NCBI RefSeq assembly: GCF_035084215.1
Contig: NC_090353.1
Location: 17,050,001 to 17,114,000 of the forward strand
DNA: 64,000 nucleotides
Direction: 5' to 3'
Origin: Heptranchias perlo
Lineage: Eukaryota
A program made the position numbers and the translations under genes. Below, in pieces: positions 1 through 13,504 of the stretch. The notes under the pieces are model-generated. The model worked only from the letters and a program-made list of their open reading frames with translations, ran no database searches and was not told where the DNA came from. How positions within the stretch are numbered: the first letter of the stretch is position 1; each line of letters opens with the position of its first letter.

Positions 1-900
1 ACCGTCTCTCTTACTGACTGACAGCTTGATTAACCAATAAGAGACTGGGATAGGTACAACAGACCATAGAAACTCTATCACTATGGCGACAAGACCCACC
101 CTCCCGCACTGCGCTGCCTGACTGGGTGAAGTCATCCTGTCCGGACGCCATCCCGCCTTTCGCTGAATACTGTTTACTGATTGTTTACAAAAACTATCAA
201 TCAAAATAAACGCCCGTCGCTGATTGCGTAATTTACTTGTCATTCAAAGTTATCATCCGTACACCCCTTTTCCGGCGCGGACTTTTTTTATTATTAAGGA
301 GGAGGCTTGTACGTCTCGAGCGGTCGTGTTGTTGGAGAGATGGGCCGAATGAAACGCTGAACCAAGCCCCGGGGATCGTCCACCCAGTCATTCCGAGAGC
401 GATAACTCTGAGGTAAAGAAAGACGAATCGAGCGAGTTTTTTTTTTAAATTATAAAATGTACAGCGACTCCCCCTCTCCTCACACGGTTTTGTGCGTCAT
501 AATCCTGGTTATGGGAGCCTCTGTTGGTTTATTTTGTGGCTAAAATGTCTCCTCAAATGATAATTTAAACAGGCCCCGGAGTGAACTGTCACTCGGTCTG
601 CAGCTGCGTGGAGTGTAAACATCAGCCTGACATTTCTGCAGGGACCCCGTGGCCCTGCTGTCACAGCTCGGAGGGAATTGGGCAAATCCTTCAATTCTTC
701 GGATAACTCTCATAACCCCCCCCCCCCTCCGATTAATCTAACCAACACCTGAGTGATTTATTGCTGTTTTGGGGCAATTGTGTGTGTGTGTGCGTGTTTG
801 TTGTGTGTGTCCCTGGAATAATATTGTTCCAGGTGAGTTGTCAAATGGTTCTGATAGCTTTGGTCCGCGATCAAGCTTGTTGGCGGTGACGACCAAATGG
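1..900 (+). promoter_or_regulatory. MARCHF2: CpG-rich promoter / non-coding first exon region of MARCHF2
   Basis: CpG density is much higher than in the flanking DNA. CCAAT/ATTG boxes occur near 33, 178 and 221. Candidate splice donors are AG|GTAAAG at 412/413 and CAG|GTGAGT at 832/833. Vertebrate MARCHF2 has a non-coding first exon. The TSS cannot be determined from sequence. Confidence 0.6.
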
Positions 901-2149
901 TATTGACGTGGTTCATTTTGGCTAAGTGAACCTAGACTAGTATCTCATGTTGGAAAGTCTTCCAATGGTGAGCTGTGATATCACTGTGACATAATCTTTG
1001 ACTGTACTATTTTGCATTGAGCACAGCAGTGGTGGTTGACCACTTCTGAGTTTAGATCTTCTGTCACCTCTTGTATTATTCATATCTGAACAGTCTCCTG
1101 TTCCCATAGGATCTTAACTTGGACAGGTACAGAATAGGAAGCATATTACAGAAGGAGTTGTTTCACTTCATTGCTTGTAGCTGGTTTTTCAAGCCAGCCT
1201 TGCTGGTGGAACTATAAATTCTAATTATAAAGCTGTCTGTATCTAGTAATATATTGTTGAAGTTTAGCTGAGGCTATTGACTGCTGCATTATCATTGAGA
1301 TACTTAACCCATTAAGTATGGGTTATCTGGATTATTTTCTGACCAGTAGGCAAAGGAATGATTTTAATCTGTCAGAAGTTGGAAATTGCACATACATTAT
1401 AACGTAATGTTCCATGATCTGTTGTTTCTCAAAATACTGTATGCGTAAAAGTATGTCAATAAAAATGTGTCCAATTAAAGAGGCATTGTAAGTTACTGCA
1501 GTCTTTGTTTTTCTTTTCCTTTTGAGACTACCATACCCATGTTCTAGGTTCCGTACTCTCATTAGTGTCCTGTTGCACAGTCTCCTTGCTCTGGGCAGGA
1601 AGGATGGTTTGAATTGTGGACTTCTCCCGGGTCTCTGGGAATACAGCTATGTAATTGGATGATGCGTTGGCATTGGTACTGGCAGTTTTTATTTATAAGT
1701 TTTCTTTAGATAAAGAATGTGGCTATTGTGAAAGTGTTGTGGAGAACTGATGAAATTTACTGAAAGCTAATGAATACTTGAATGGCCAAAGGACTTGAAC
1801 CTTGTGTCTGGCTGCTCTACATTCAGTCTTGCATCTACTGGATTGTTTCTTTAAATTCTACAGAAGAGATTTATTTTAATTTTTTTCTCTTCTCCCCTCC
1901 CCTCCCCCATCCCCCCCAAAAATCCTGCTGGCTACTAGTGGTTAATTGGATCCTTTTTGACTCACAGTAGGTAATATGAAACAATTATTCTGATCTTGGC
2001 TACATAAACATAAATGTAAATCTTTTGGAAGACTGTTGTATAATTGGCATAAATCTAGGTTCATAAAGTGCCATTTAATAGGCTTGGAGAAAACTGTAAA
2101 ATATACATTGCCTTTTTTATACCAGCAAATAATTTGTATTAGTTTCTAA

Positions 2150-2465
2150 AAACAAAATAAGGAGAAGTAAATAAGGTGAAAGTGGTTTCACTGGCAAGAG
2201 TGTTGGTAACCAGAGGTCACAGATTTAAGATCATTGGCAAAAGAACCAGTGGAGAGATGAGAATTTTTTTTTGCACAGCGTGTTATGATCTGGAATCTGC
2301 CTGAAAAGTGTGGTGGAAGCAGATTCAGTAGTAACTTTCAAAAGGGAATTTGATATATACTTGAAAAAGGAAAATTTGTAGTGCTTTGGGGAAAGAACAG
2401 GTGAGTGGGACTAAATGGATAGCTCTTTCAAAGAATAGGCACAGGCACAATGGGCCAAATGGCCT
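2150..2465 (+). mobile_element. CR1 LINE 3' end fragment (tail resumes at 3361-3390)
   Basis: Typical CR1 ORF2 C-terminus/3' UTR text (accagaggtcacagatttaag...ttcaaaagggaatttgata...gggccaaatggcct). The tail ggcctccttgtgtgctgtatgtttctatga continues after an intervening insertion. Confidence 0.75.
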
Positions 2466-3360
2466 AAGAACATAAGAAATGTAAGAAATAGGAGTAGGCC
2501 ATATAGCCCCTCGAGCCTGCTCTGCCATTCTATAAGATAATAGCTGATCTTCGACCTCAACTCTACTTTCCCGCCCAATCCCCATATCCCTTGATTCCTC
2601 TAGAGTCCAAAAATCTATTGATCTCAGCCTTGAATATACTCAACGACTGAGCATCCACATTTCCTCTGGGATAGAGCATTCCAAAGATTCACAACCCTCT
2701 GATTGTAGAAATTCCTCCTTACCTCAGTCATAAATGGTCGACCCCTTATCCTGAGACTATGCCCCTAGTTCTAGACTCTCCAGCCAGGGGAAACAGCCTC
2801 TCAGCATCTACCGTGTCAAGCCTTCTCAGAATTTTATGTTTCAATGAGATCACCTCTCATTCTTCTAAACTCCAGAGAGTATAGGCCCATTCTACTTAAC
2901 CTCTCCTCATAGGATAACCCTCTCATCCCAGGAATCAATCTAGCAAACCTTCATTGCACCGCCTCTGAGGCCTCTTGGGTAAGGAGACCAAAACAGTACA
3001 CAGTACTCCAGGTGTGGTCTCACTAAGGCCCTATATAATTGTAGCAATAGTTCCTTACTCTTGTACTCCAACCCCCTTACAATAAAGGCCAACATACCAT
3101 TTGCCTTCCTAATTGCTTACTCTACCTGCATGTTAACTTTCTGTGTTTCGTGTATGAGGACACCCAAATCTCTCTGAACATCAACATTTACTAGTTTCTC
3201 ACCATTTAAAAATATTCTGTTTTTCTATTCTTCCTACCAAAATGAATAACCTCACATTTCCCCACATTATACTCCATCTGCCATCTTTTTGCCCACTCAC
3301 TTAACCTGACTATATCCCTTTGCAGACTTTTTGTGTTCGCCTCACAGCTTACTTTCCCAA
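2466..3360 (-). mobile_element. CR1 LINE 3' fragment nested inside another CR1
   Basis: Begins aagaacataagaaat...ggagtaggcc (reverse-complement CR1 tail), the same family as 60040-60535. Flanked by a duplicated GGCCT at 2461-2465 and 3361-3365. Confidence 0.8.
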
Positions 3361-4055
3361 GGCCTCCTTGTGTGCTGTATGTTTCTATGATAAAATAAGG
3401 ACATTTTTGGACTGGTAAACTTCATAACTATGCTGTTCAAAATTTACTTCATTTTCAACGAGCAAGTTTTAAAAAAAAACTGTTCTATTTATTATTTACA
3501 AACTGTGGCAAGAGAAAATGTAATGGATGACTTTTCAGACTACATTTCTGCCAGGAACTCTAGTTTATTTATAATTGAAAAATGTGATAATCAAAAACTT
3601 GAGTGTGTGTACGTACACTTATGTGTGCGTGCGTGTGTGAGAGATGCCTTTTTTTGCCAAATCTGAGATCTGTTGTGTAATTTTTTCGTCAAATTAATAT
3701 TATTTTTCTAAAATTGCTAAGTTTAAGAACTGAAACAGTGTTTAATATACTTTTTATGGGACTAACTTGTAGTACAAACACATCTGTAAGATTGATGAAT
3801 AGTATGTGGGAATAACTGTTCGGCTCTCATTGGAACATTTTTGGTTGCCAAGTAACTGCTGTTTTATGGAAAAATAGAATAGACAAATATGTTCACGTGT
3901 GTAGGATACTGGCCCAGTTTCCAGATGTAAAACTTCTGTGCAGAGTATGGAATTTGTTTAATGACCAGAACACATTATCTAGAGAATACGCAATGGGAAC
4001 AGTGGATAATAAATTTACCTACCATGAGTGAGGAAGAGTTGTAACTCATAAATCT

Positions 4056-4057
<2 letters not shown>

Positions 4058-4093
<36 letters not shown>
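4058..4093. repeat. (CT)n microsatellite
   Basis: Uninterrupted tctctc run. Confidence 0.95.
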
Positions 4094-4097
<4 letters not shown>

Positions 4098-7053
4098 GTC
4101 CAATCACATGTGCTCTATTATTCATAATTTGTATGTCTTTTTTAAAATTAACTTTTTAATCAAGATTCTTATCATTCTTTAACACTCCCTATGAAATTGT
4201 GGTAGCCTTTCCCCAGATGTGACTTGCATGAAAAAGTATTAACCTTGTAACCTGCTACCAATGGACTACTGTGTATTAAAATGGACTTTCAGCTGGATAA
4301 GTTAAATTCACACAGCCATTTTGGCTTCAGGAGCTATTTTCTGAAGTGAACCATGGCATAACTCTATGTAAATAAGTTGTGTTGCCAAATTTTGTGTTGG
4401 CTGCAGGATGGAAGGAAATGGCGAGTTTCCTGCTTTAGTTCGCTATAATGTGGTTTAAATCGATTTCTTAATGTAATAGTGTCTGAGTAGTAGTTATGAT
4501 CATAATGAAATGGAATTTTTAGTTAAACGTTATCAGAATTCATTAAACCTTTTTATTTGAAGTAAGATGTGTAAAGGCAATGTACTACCTCCTCAGCAAC
4601 TTGAACAGCCAAAGGAGCATATCAAATCCTAATATTTTCCTAATTACTATAAGTAAAAATTTCAGCTTCAACTAAGTTGGTTAATACCTTCCATTATTGT
4701 TTTCCTTCCCTTCTAAATCTAACTGTAAAAATGACATCTATGTGTATATGTAGGACAGAGTGCTAGAAATGCACAGCAAGACTGATCAGTACCTAAAAGA
4801 AAAGTTAAATATTTGGTTGTGTAACTTGAAAGTCCCATATTCATCTAAGAGGCCAGACATCTCAACCAAGTTTTCTTTCCATAAGATTAGAGAGTGGTTT
4901 TTTGCTTACTCACCTCCCAAAAACTTCATGGGGAGTAAATTTTATGTACTAACAGTTAGCAGGAAGCATTAGTCACCTACTCAGAACTCAAATTAATCCA
5001 AAATGTTAACTTCTTCTCTTTCATATGCTAATGGATGTACTGTGTATTTCCAGAACTTTGTTTTTAACTTCAAGTGTCGATTTTAAAACAAAATCTGAAA
5101 GATAGATTGTAATTTAAAAAAACTAATGTAACAAAATTCCAGTGTTTATGTAAAATTTCCAGCATTCTGGAAGCCATATAGATAGTTAGGGCTCCCATAT
5201 CTTCCCCCGCTCCCCCCCCGCCCCCCAATCACACTCAAATGTGAAGATAACTACAATTATAGATGACTTCTAGCATTAATAAGAGATCATCCATTCTCTT
5301 CAAAGAGTACTGCAGATGCAGTGTGGTTAATGCTGTCTGCAAACTTTGGTACATGCAATCTTTTTGTCCCATTTAAGCTTTCGGGAGATGAAAAAGCAAA
5401 GAACCACTTTGTAACCTTTTTGGGGGGAGGGGAGGGAGAATTGACTGATGGAGGACCCCTTAGATGAATGAATTTGTTGTTAGCAAAAATATAGGACTTT
5501 TAAGTATTTTCCTGGAGACTAAGCTATAATTGAAAATTGCTATTGTAAGCAGAATTGGAGGGCAAGTCAACTCAAGATGCAACACCTGACTTAGAGTGAC
5601 ACTAAGAGAGACCCAGAAACAGGATGTCTGTATTGTTAGTGATTTAGCTGAAAAATAGTGCATAATTTCTCAAATCCAATCATGCTATCCTACATCTTCT
5701 ACCTCCTCCCTGATTCCTCACTTTGTTGACTCATCACATAGTCATCTTTCTAACCCATTCTTTACCCAGCATCTTAGAACAACAAACCTCCTTGTCTCCC
5801 TCAATCTTTTTTCCTGTATTCTACTGATTTTTTAAAACCAGGTGTCAAATAGTTACTACTTCATCTTTTCTATTTTTCAACCTTGGTACAATGTACCTTG
5901 ACCCTTCACCTATTTCTCAATTTTTGAAAAAGGGGGAAGCAAACAAGGGAGTAGACTGGAAAATCTAACCTGCTTGTGGGGAGGGTGTCACATTAAAAAG
6001 TAGGAAGTAAGAAATACTTGTTTAAGGGAAAGAAAAGCTCCATTGTTCAGCAGTGGTACCCATATTTTATTACATTTCTATGTCTTTTTACATATTGGTG
6101 TTAACACTGGAAAGTTAGCATTAGATGTGTGGAAATTTTTTGGGGGATGAAGTCAATAATGTCTTTCAAAACCATTTGCATTTGTATGTAGGAAATAACT
6201 TTCTCTATGTGGGTGCTGCTTTGATGAATATGAGAAAGCTCATATAAAGCTAAAAAATACTGTTGTCGATATTGGAAGACAAACACTTACTGCATTCATA
6301 AAGATTCCTCTGCTATTTTAATGGAGATGTTAGTTTATTTTAAATGGATTAACAGAGGAATGTTACAAACATTTAAAGTGTTTATCTACTAATATCACTG
6401 ATACTAATTTCAAGCCGATAGTCTCTCTCTTTCACCCCCACCAACATTTTATATATATCATAATTCATTTTACCTGCTCACAATTTCTTGTGCTGGGAGA
6501 ACACTTTAGCTTTGTCTCCTTTCATTTTTGCAAGGAATTTCTTCCCTTTCCACTCCGTCCAAATATTTCAGAACATTACTGTTCCCACAGCCGATGGAGA
6601 TTTACTGTTTAAAATGTAATTTGCTACTGGTGGGGGGAGGCGGCTCCTGAAATATCCTATATCTAGTTTCTCAAAAATGCTGTAGACGTGCATGGTCTGA
6701 ATCTACTAATGTGACTTTTGGAGTATTTGTGTGCATTCTAATCTGTAGTAATCTAAAGTCCGTTCATTTTAGTAGGAAATTTTAATGAAACTAAACCTGA
6801 ACAACTGAAATATGTCACAAATGATGAACTTCAAACAATTATAACTTCACAATCGATCATCTGTTTTGGAGTGTTTCAAAGAGTATTGGTATGTGAAATA
6901 ATTTGAAGAAATATTACTGAATATTTTTAAACTGTAGTTGCTCCAGCAATTGGACTTAATTGTAATTCACTTGCTGTTGGTACAGTCACAGATTTGAATT
7001 CCACTAGGCAGTGGCGTCGTTAACAGAACTATGCAATATGCATGAATTTTTCA

Positions 7054-7680
7054 GATGGTCACTCCTGCCAAAACCCTTATCTGTGCCCTTATTATCTTGA
7101 GACTTGACTCCTCAAATGTTCTGTTTTCTGGGCTCCACAGCATACAACTTATGCAGATGCTATGGCCCAATTCTTCACTTGCACCAAAGTCCTATATTCT
7201 CCTCATCTCCGTCCTTGCTGAGCTCCACTATCTCCCCATGTTTCAGTGAATTGATTTCAAGATCTTCATCCTAATTTAAAATAACCCTCCTAGCTTTGCC
7301 CCACCCTACCTCAACAATATTCACTAGCTGTACAAATCTATCTGCAGTTCTGTTCCTTTGACACTAGGCTATTCTTTGCCCCATCCTACCTCAGTGACCT
7401 CCTCCAACCATGCACTTCCATTTCTTCAACACCCCGTTCCTGCTCCACAGTCAATGACAGCTCTTTCAACCATTATGTCTTGCACCCTGGAATTCCCTTC
7501 CAAATCCCTCTGCCTAGCCATCTCTCTCCCTGCTTTCAAAAGCCTCTTTAAAACTTTTATTTTCAACCTATGCTTTGGATACATGCACCCATAACCTTTC
7601 TCCCTCATGCTTGGTGTCCATTTGTTTCCTCTACCCTGTAAAGCATCTCTCTCTGAGAAGAGGTCTAAAATTTAAGTTGT
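7054..7680 (+). mobile_element. Degraded L2 LINE 3' fragment
   Basis: Translates to AKTLICALIILRLDSSNVLFSGL, matching the L2 'LIHAFVTSRLDYSN' motif, followed by an L2-type 3' UTR. Homologous to 62050-63160. Confidence 0.7.
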
Positions 7681-7837
7681 TCTCTAGTAGATCCCACCTG
7701 AGGGAGGGGGAAGGAAAGAATGATCCCTCACTACAGTATTATACACTGTGTATATCTGTCAGTTTGATTACACAGCATCATTGATTTTAGCATGTAGGTA
7801 AAATCAGCATTCTCCTGCATCCAGAATGAGTGTGAAG

Positions 7838-8412
7838 CGTTGGACATGTTGGACAGTTGACAGTTAATAACCACAATGAACTATAATAACCACAATGAAC
7901 TATAATAACCATAACTGGTTGATGGACCAGCAGGTTGCCTGGTACACAAGGAAAGATGAAACATGGAACATGAACAAAGGATTCTATTCCACTACAGATG
8001 TCATTGTACCAACTGTAATGCAAGGGAGTGCTGCCTAGAGCGGACATCAACCATGAGTGATTAATGTAGAAACTATAGTCCATAGTATAGCCAGAATACA
8101 GGATGCTTTGAACATGGTGTCCTTGATAAGGTCCGGAAACAGTTAACAAGGGAGGTAGTAGAGTTGGAAATCTGAAGGTCTGTCTATCTATGAAAATGTT
8201 ACAGTATGTTGCTTTTGTAGTAAACGTGTATAAAAAGGGGTACAGTTACAAGGCTAAGTCAAGTAGCTGGAAAAAGAGAAACCCTATGCTGCCCTAATAC
8301 TATATAGATGGATCACCCGTGCTGTACAATAAAGTCTGTTCCTTACACTCAACTGTCTCGTGCTTACTCAAAGTGTCGCTGTGAACCACAGAAGGAGTGA
8401 GGTTGACTAACA
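7838..8412 (+). mobile_element. Solo LTR with 5-bp target-site duplication
   Basis: TGAAG at 7833-7837 and at 8413-8417 flanks the element. The ends (C)GTTGGACA ... TGACTAACA are imperfect inverted termini of TG...CA type. Internal TATAAAA at 8229 and AATAAA at 8328. Confidence 0.75.
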
Positions 8413-9019
8413 TGAAGTTATGAAGTGAAACTAAAAATAGGGTAAACTGGTAATCAAGGTGGCAGACAAAGAATGTTGTAGAATAAAAACACTTGGAAAT
8501 GTACAGCAGAGCCATCAGCTTCTGGAAAGATAGGTTAAGAATTCAGGTATAGATTCTTCATTAGGACTGGGTCTATTATGAAGCTTATGCGTAATATACA
8601 TATTTATTAATGTATACTGGAGTACCACTTTTTCATGCATCCCCTCTTTTCAACCCTTAACCATCCATGGGTTTCAGTCGTCTCCTCTTTGAAAACCATT
8701 CTAATGTTCTGATTATGTATTTTAAAAAAATTATGACTGCCTGTGTGTATAGGAAAATATGTACTGGATATTGTACAAGTAGAATTCTATCTGTCTCCCA
8801 GAATTTGCGATGTGAACTATTCTGATGCAATAATTTCCTGTTGTAATAGTACCAACTTTTTCCTATCATTGTAAAGACAGTGGGAATGATGCCACTACTT
8901 CTAAACAGAGGAAAAGTAAACTATTCAGATGTGGGTTTTTCTGATAAAGTGAAACGGATAAATTAGAACATCGCATTAGAGCTCAAGTAGATTTGATTCA
9001 CACGTATGGTTTTGAAAAA

Positions 9020-9362
9020 GAAAGGAGAACTTGCATTTATATAGTGCCGTTATCACTTCTCAGACATGTCCTAAAGTGCTTCACATAGAATGTATTATTG
9101 TGCAGTTACTCTTAATATGCAGCCATTTTGCGCACAGTAAGTTCACACAAACAGCAGTGAGATGAATGACCAGTTAATCTGTTTGTGGTGGTGGTAGTTG
9201 AGGGAGGAATTTTTACTAGGAACATTCTCTGCTATGTTTTTTTTAAAACTGCCACAGTGCTGCACAGGAATGTCAGTCTTGATTGTGTGCTCAAGTCCTA
9301 AAGTAGGCTTTGAACCCGCAACTTTGACTCGGGTGATAGCGCTACCAACTGAGTCAAGCTGA
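9020..9362 (-). mobile_element. DeuSINE (SacSINE1/AmnSINE1-like) copy
   Basis: Reverse-complement tail (aacttgcatttatatagtgcc) and tRNA-like head (ttgaacccgcaac...ctaccaactgagtc). Homologous to 31560-32005. Confidence 0.65.
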
Positions 9363-11704
9363 TACTTTGCACGTGATAAAGTTGCTGGTGGAGTGTTTAA
9401 GTGCAGTGGAAAAGATCTTCTCTGCTATGAAGGAAAATTGAAGGGGACAGCCATCCTTCTCGTGCATTTCCCAATGGCTGTAGCAAGACATTGGCACAGA
9501 CCTTGGAGCAGTCTCCAGCCATCTCTTTCTGCTAGCAGCATGCGACATACTTCACAAAAGGAAGAGGAAGAACATCAAGTTACCAAAGAAGAAAATTATA
9601 AACTTGCACTAAGAAAAAATCTCCAGCTATATGAAAATTTATGAAGCATTCTATTGCTATTGAACTACCAATCTCTATAGCCACAAAGTGTATAGCAAGT
9701 GTTGCAGAGCTCTGTAGTTTGAAAGGCGGGGGGGGGAGCTGAAAAATTGCAGCAGATAAAGTGTGGTTAGCAGTGACTTGCATGTCGTTTCTAACTTGGC
9801 CATCAGTGTATTACTAATTTTTGCTACATGAATGTCACTGGTACAGTTTGATAATATGCAGGAGAATTATACCCTCAAAGAAATTGACTACATAACCCAG
9901 AAGGCCGTTTTTCTCCGTGAAGGACCTTGTAATAGGAATTAAAGCAGTAATAGTGGGTCTTCTGTGCATATTGAATATGAGAGGGAATAAGATGATGGTT
10001 AACGCAAGCTGCCTATGCACATCCTAGAAACTGATTCCAGAACAATATTGGAAGAGTGTAGAGGAGGGGTGATATTTTATTAGCCTGCATTACTCGTTAC
10101 CCATATCAATATGTAAATATTTCCTACATGATAACTGTTCAAATGCCTCCCTGAATTCCCTGATTGTGTACATTATCATCTGAGAAGGTGAACTAGGAGC
10201 AGCTGACCAGTCTCTCATCTCTCCCAAAGTTGCCACAGAACTGCAAAAACAATCTCTGTTGAAGTTCATGGAGTATTTGCATTCCTCAGGATACACCACT
10301 GTACCACTGGGATTATGAGCTCAAGAATCTCTTCCTGCAAGGTTTGAAGAGAATTTAACTTCTTAAATTTCTATAGCAGCGACCCAGATTTTTAGTAGTG
10401 AAGATTTTTTGGATGTCTTGTGCATGGACATTGGGAATTGTGGTCCCATCCAGTAGTGCATTCTGTGCCACAGAAACAGACTAGAAAATCTGGGATCCTT
10501 GTTGCCTTGGTTCTGAAACGTTTCTGGCTTAAAGCTCCTTAAACATTCCGTGTAGGACATGGAAATCCGCAGGTTAATGAGACGTTGAAAGTAAGATATT
10601 CGAGAATGTAAGACAGTGCAGAAGAGTGAACATAGCCGATGAGAGAAGCACCACTGAACAAATATTTGAGTATTCCTGAAGCCAAGAGTGAGAGGAGATA
10701 ATTGTCACACCCTTTAGTTCACCAATACCTCAACTATGTCAGAGAATGAAGCCTGGAGATCTGTAGGTTAACCATGTAAATGTGACAATACATGTTGGAT
10801 TACAGCAGTGAGTTTGCTTACCCCAGGAAATGATGGAGATCCAAGATAATTTTTAGATAAGTTGGAGGGGAAAAAAATTACATTTTGATGATTCTCCTTT
10901 CTTGCTTTCATGAGAAGGCTGGTAAGGAAAAAACAATAAAGGGTAGGAAACATTATGTAAACTAGAGAATTAAAATTTCTGTATATGGTTAAGGGCAAGG
11001 GGGGTAAACAAGAGAAACTTATAGTCAATGTGTCCCATTAGTATACCATTAATATGTTGCTAGTGATTTTAAAATTAGAACATTAAAATGCAAGGTGCTT
11101 GAAACAAAGCAGGCAAGGTATGTACATCCTCATACTAGGAGGACCACTATTGACGCAACAAGCATTGGTTAGTTGAGATACATCTGTTTTAGCCATTTGT
11201 AGCAATTAGATTTCTTTGCTACATACCAAAGCCAAAATAATTATTTACATGCTTTTCTTGACACCCTGTGTAATGAGCCGTTTGCCTCTTTCAGACAATA
11301 GCTGCAGCAGTTGGTGCCTGCCAGGTCACATGTGCTGTGAAACTTTGCTTGCACTGTGCTACACTCCACACTACGTCAGGAATCTACCTGTACTGTTGGG
11401 ATCTTTTGACTTTTTGGAATGATTGGGGCCAACTGGAATCCAATTATGGTCTGTTTATGGATTTGAAACCACTGGAAACTGGCATGAAATTTCTTAAACT
11501 CATCATGTTTATTGGAAAAGTGACATGATACTACAAAATTTTGACTTTGTTTCCACTGTAAACTATAGTGTAATAATCATGATTGTCAGTTTCATTAAAG
11601 CAAAATCTGTATAATTGACAAGAAAATTCTAAAATCTCTCCACATTTATGTTACAGGCAAATTGAATTTACAATAGTGGCTTATACCTCCACAGGCATCT
11701 CGGC

Positions 11705-11893
11705 TGACTAGGGAGTGCTGCATTGTCAGAGGTGCCATTTTTTGGATGAAATCTAATTTGACGACCCTTCATTTTTTTTTATATAGAGGTTCTAGTGGAT
11801 GTCAAAGAACCCATGGCACTATGTGAAGAAGAGCAGGGAATGTAACCAACATTCTTCCCTTAAAATGTCACCACTAAAGAGATTAACTGGTCA
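11705..11893 (+). mobile_element. DeuSINE 5'/central part (continues at ~13350-13465)
   Basis: Deu-domain-like text agggagtgctgcattgtcagaggtgcc...cccatggcactatgtgaagaagagcaggg. The 3' part acaacagtgactgtacttcaaaagtacttc resumes after an L2 insertion. Confidence 0.65.
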
Positions 11894-13335
11894 ACTACCC
11901 CTCCTAGCCCCTATACTAGTTGACATTGCTGACGGCTGCTTTATCTCAGGTACTGTTTCTTTTCAAAACTGCCATCATCACCCTTTCCCCACAAAAAACT
12001 ACCTGATTCATTTGTTCCCTCAAACTACTGCCCCGTCTCAAATTTCCCTGTCCTCTCTATCATCGCCACCTTGCTTCATGACCATCTCTCCTAAAACTTC
12101 TTATTCAAATCCCTTCAGTCTGACCTTTGTCCTATTCACAGCACCAAAACTGCTGTGGTCAGTCATGAATGACATTGTCTGTGACTGTGGTGCATTACCC
12201 CTCCTTGTCCTCCTCAACTTCTCCACAGCATTTTATACAGTTGGTCATGGCGCCCTCCTTTATTACACCTCCTTAGTTGTCCAGCTCCTGCCTGTCTGAA
12301 AGCAGTAATGATTTCTCTTCCTGCTACCAGTCACCTCCGGAGTCCTTCAAGGATCTCTCCTTGGCCCTTTCCACTTTCTCAACTACACGTTGTTTCTTGA
12401 TGACATTTGTAGATGTGCGGTTATATATTTTTTGATACCCACCTCTACCCCTCCATCACTCCCCTCAACCCCAAAACCACCTCTGTGCTGGCAAACTGAC
12501 TGCTTGACATCAAATCATCAATGAGTCAAGATTTCAACTGAACATCAGAAAGACCGAAGCTATCATTTTGACCTCTGCCGTGAAGTCAGCTTCCTTGCCA
12601 TTGACTCCATCCCACACTATGGCTACTTGCTTGAGCTGAACTAGGCCATACAAAATCTTGATGTACTGTCTGACCCAGAGCTAAGCTTCAGTCCACACAT
12701 ATTATGCATCATCAGGACCTCTTACTTCCACTTCTACAACATTGCTTTCCCTACCTCAACCTTATTGCTGTTGATTTCCTTATCCACACTTTTGACACTT
12801 CTAGACTTAATTCCTCCATTGTCTTTTTTAGCTTCACACCCTCTATATCCTTCATAAACTCCAACTTGTCCAAAACCCAGCTGCCCATATCCTGTCTGAC
12901 ACTAATTCCTGCTTGCCCATCACCTCATCCTCATTGACCTACATTGGCTGACTATTCCCCTAGCACATTGAACTTAAAATCCCCATCCTCTTCAAATCCC
13001 TCTTGAGTCCTCAACCCTCCGTATCTTTGAAAATTCCTCCATTCTTGTATTCCTTTGCACCCTTTTGTGCATCCTGTCCTCCCTTCACCCCACTAGTGGC
13101 ACATCCTTCAGATGTCTCAGTTCTATTCTCTGGACCTCTTTCCCCGCCCACACCCCCACCCAAAATCCTTCCCCTACACCCATTCTGTATCCACCTTTTG
13201 AAAACATTGCTTTTTAGAAAGTTTTTAAATCAAAGCTTTTGGTCATCCCCTAACTCTCCCACTATGGTTCCTTTTTATCTATTTTATTTGTGTCTTGGGA
13301 TAGTTTGAATTAAAGGGGCTATATTAATGCATGTT
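11894..13335 (+). mobile_element. Degraded L2 LINE RT/3' fragment
   Basis: Remnant RT motifs LLVLLNFSTAFYTVGH, GVLQGS and LIHTFDTSRLN; L2-like tail taaaggggctatattaatgca. Confidence 0.75.
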
Positions 13336-13504
13336 GGCGGTGGAGGTGGACCTTGCGGTTTAACTGACCATGTTTTCCTGTGTGACAACAGTGACTGTAC
13401 TTCAAAAGTACTTCCTTGGTTGTGATGTCCTCAGGATATCTCAAAGACATGAATGCAAGTTCCTTGACACTTTCTCAAGCTGTTGAAGCAAGCATGTGCT
13501 CGTC

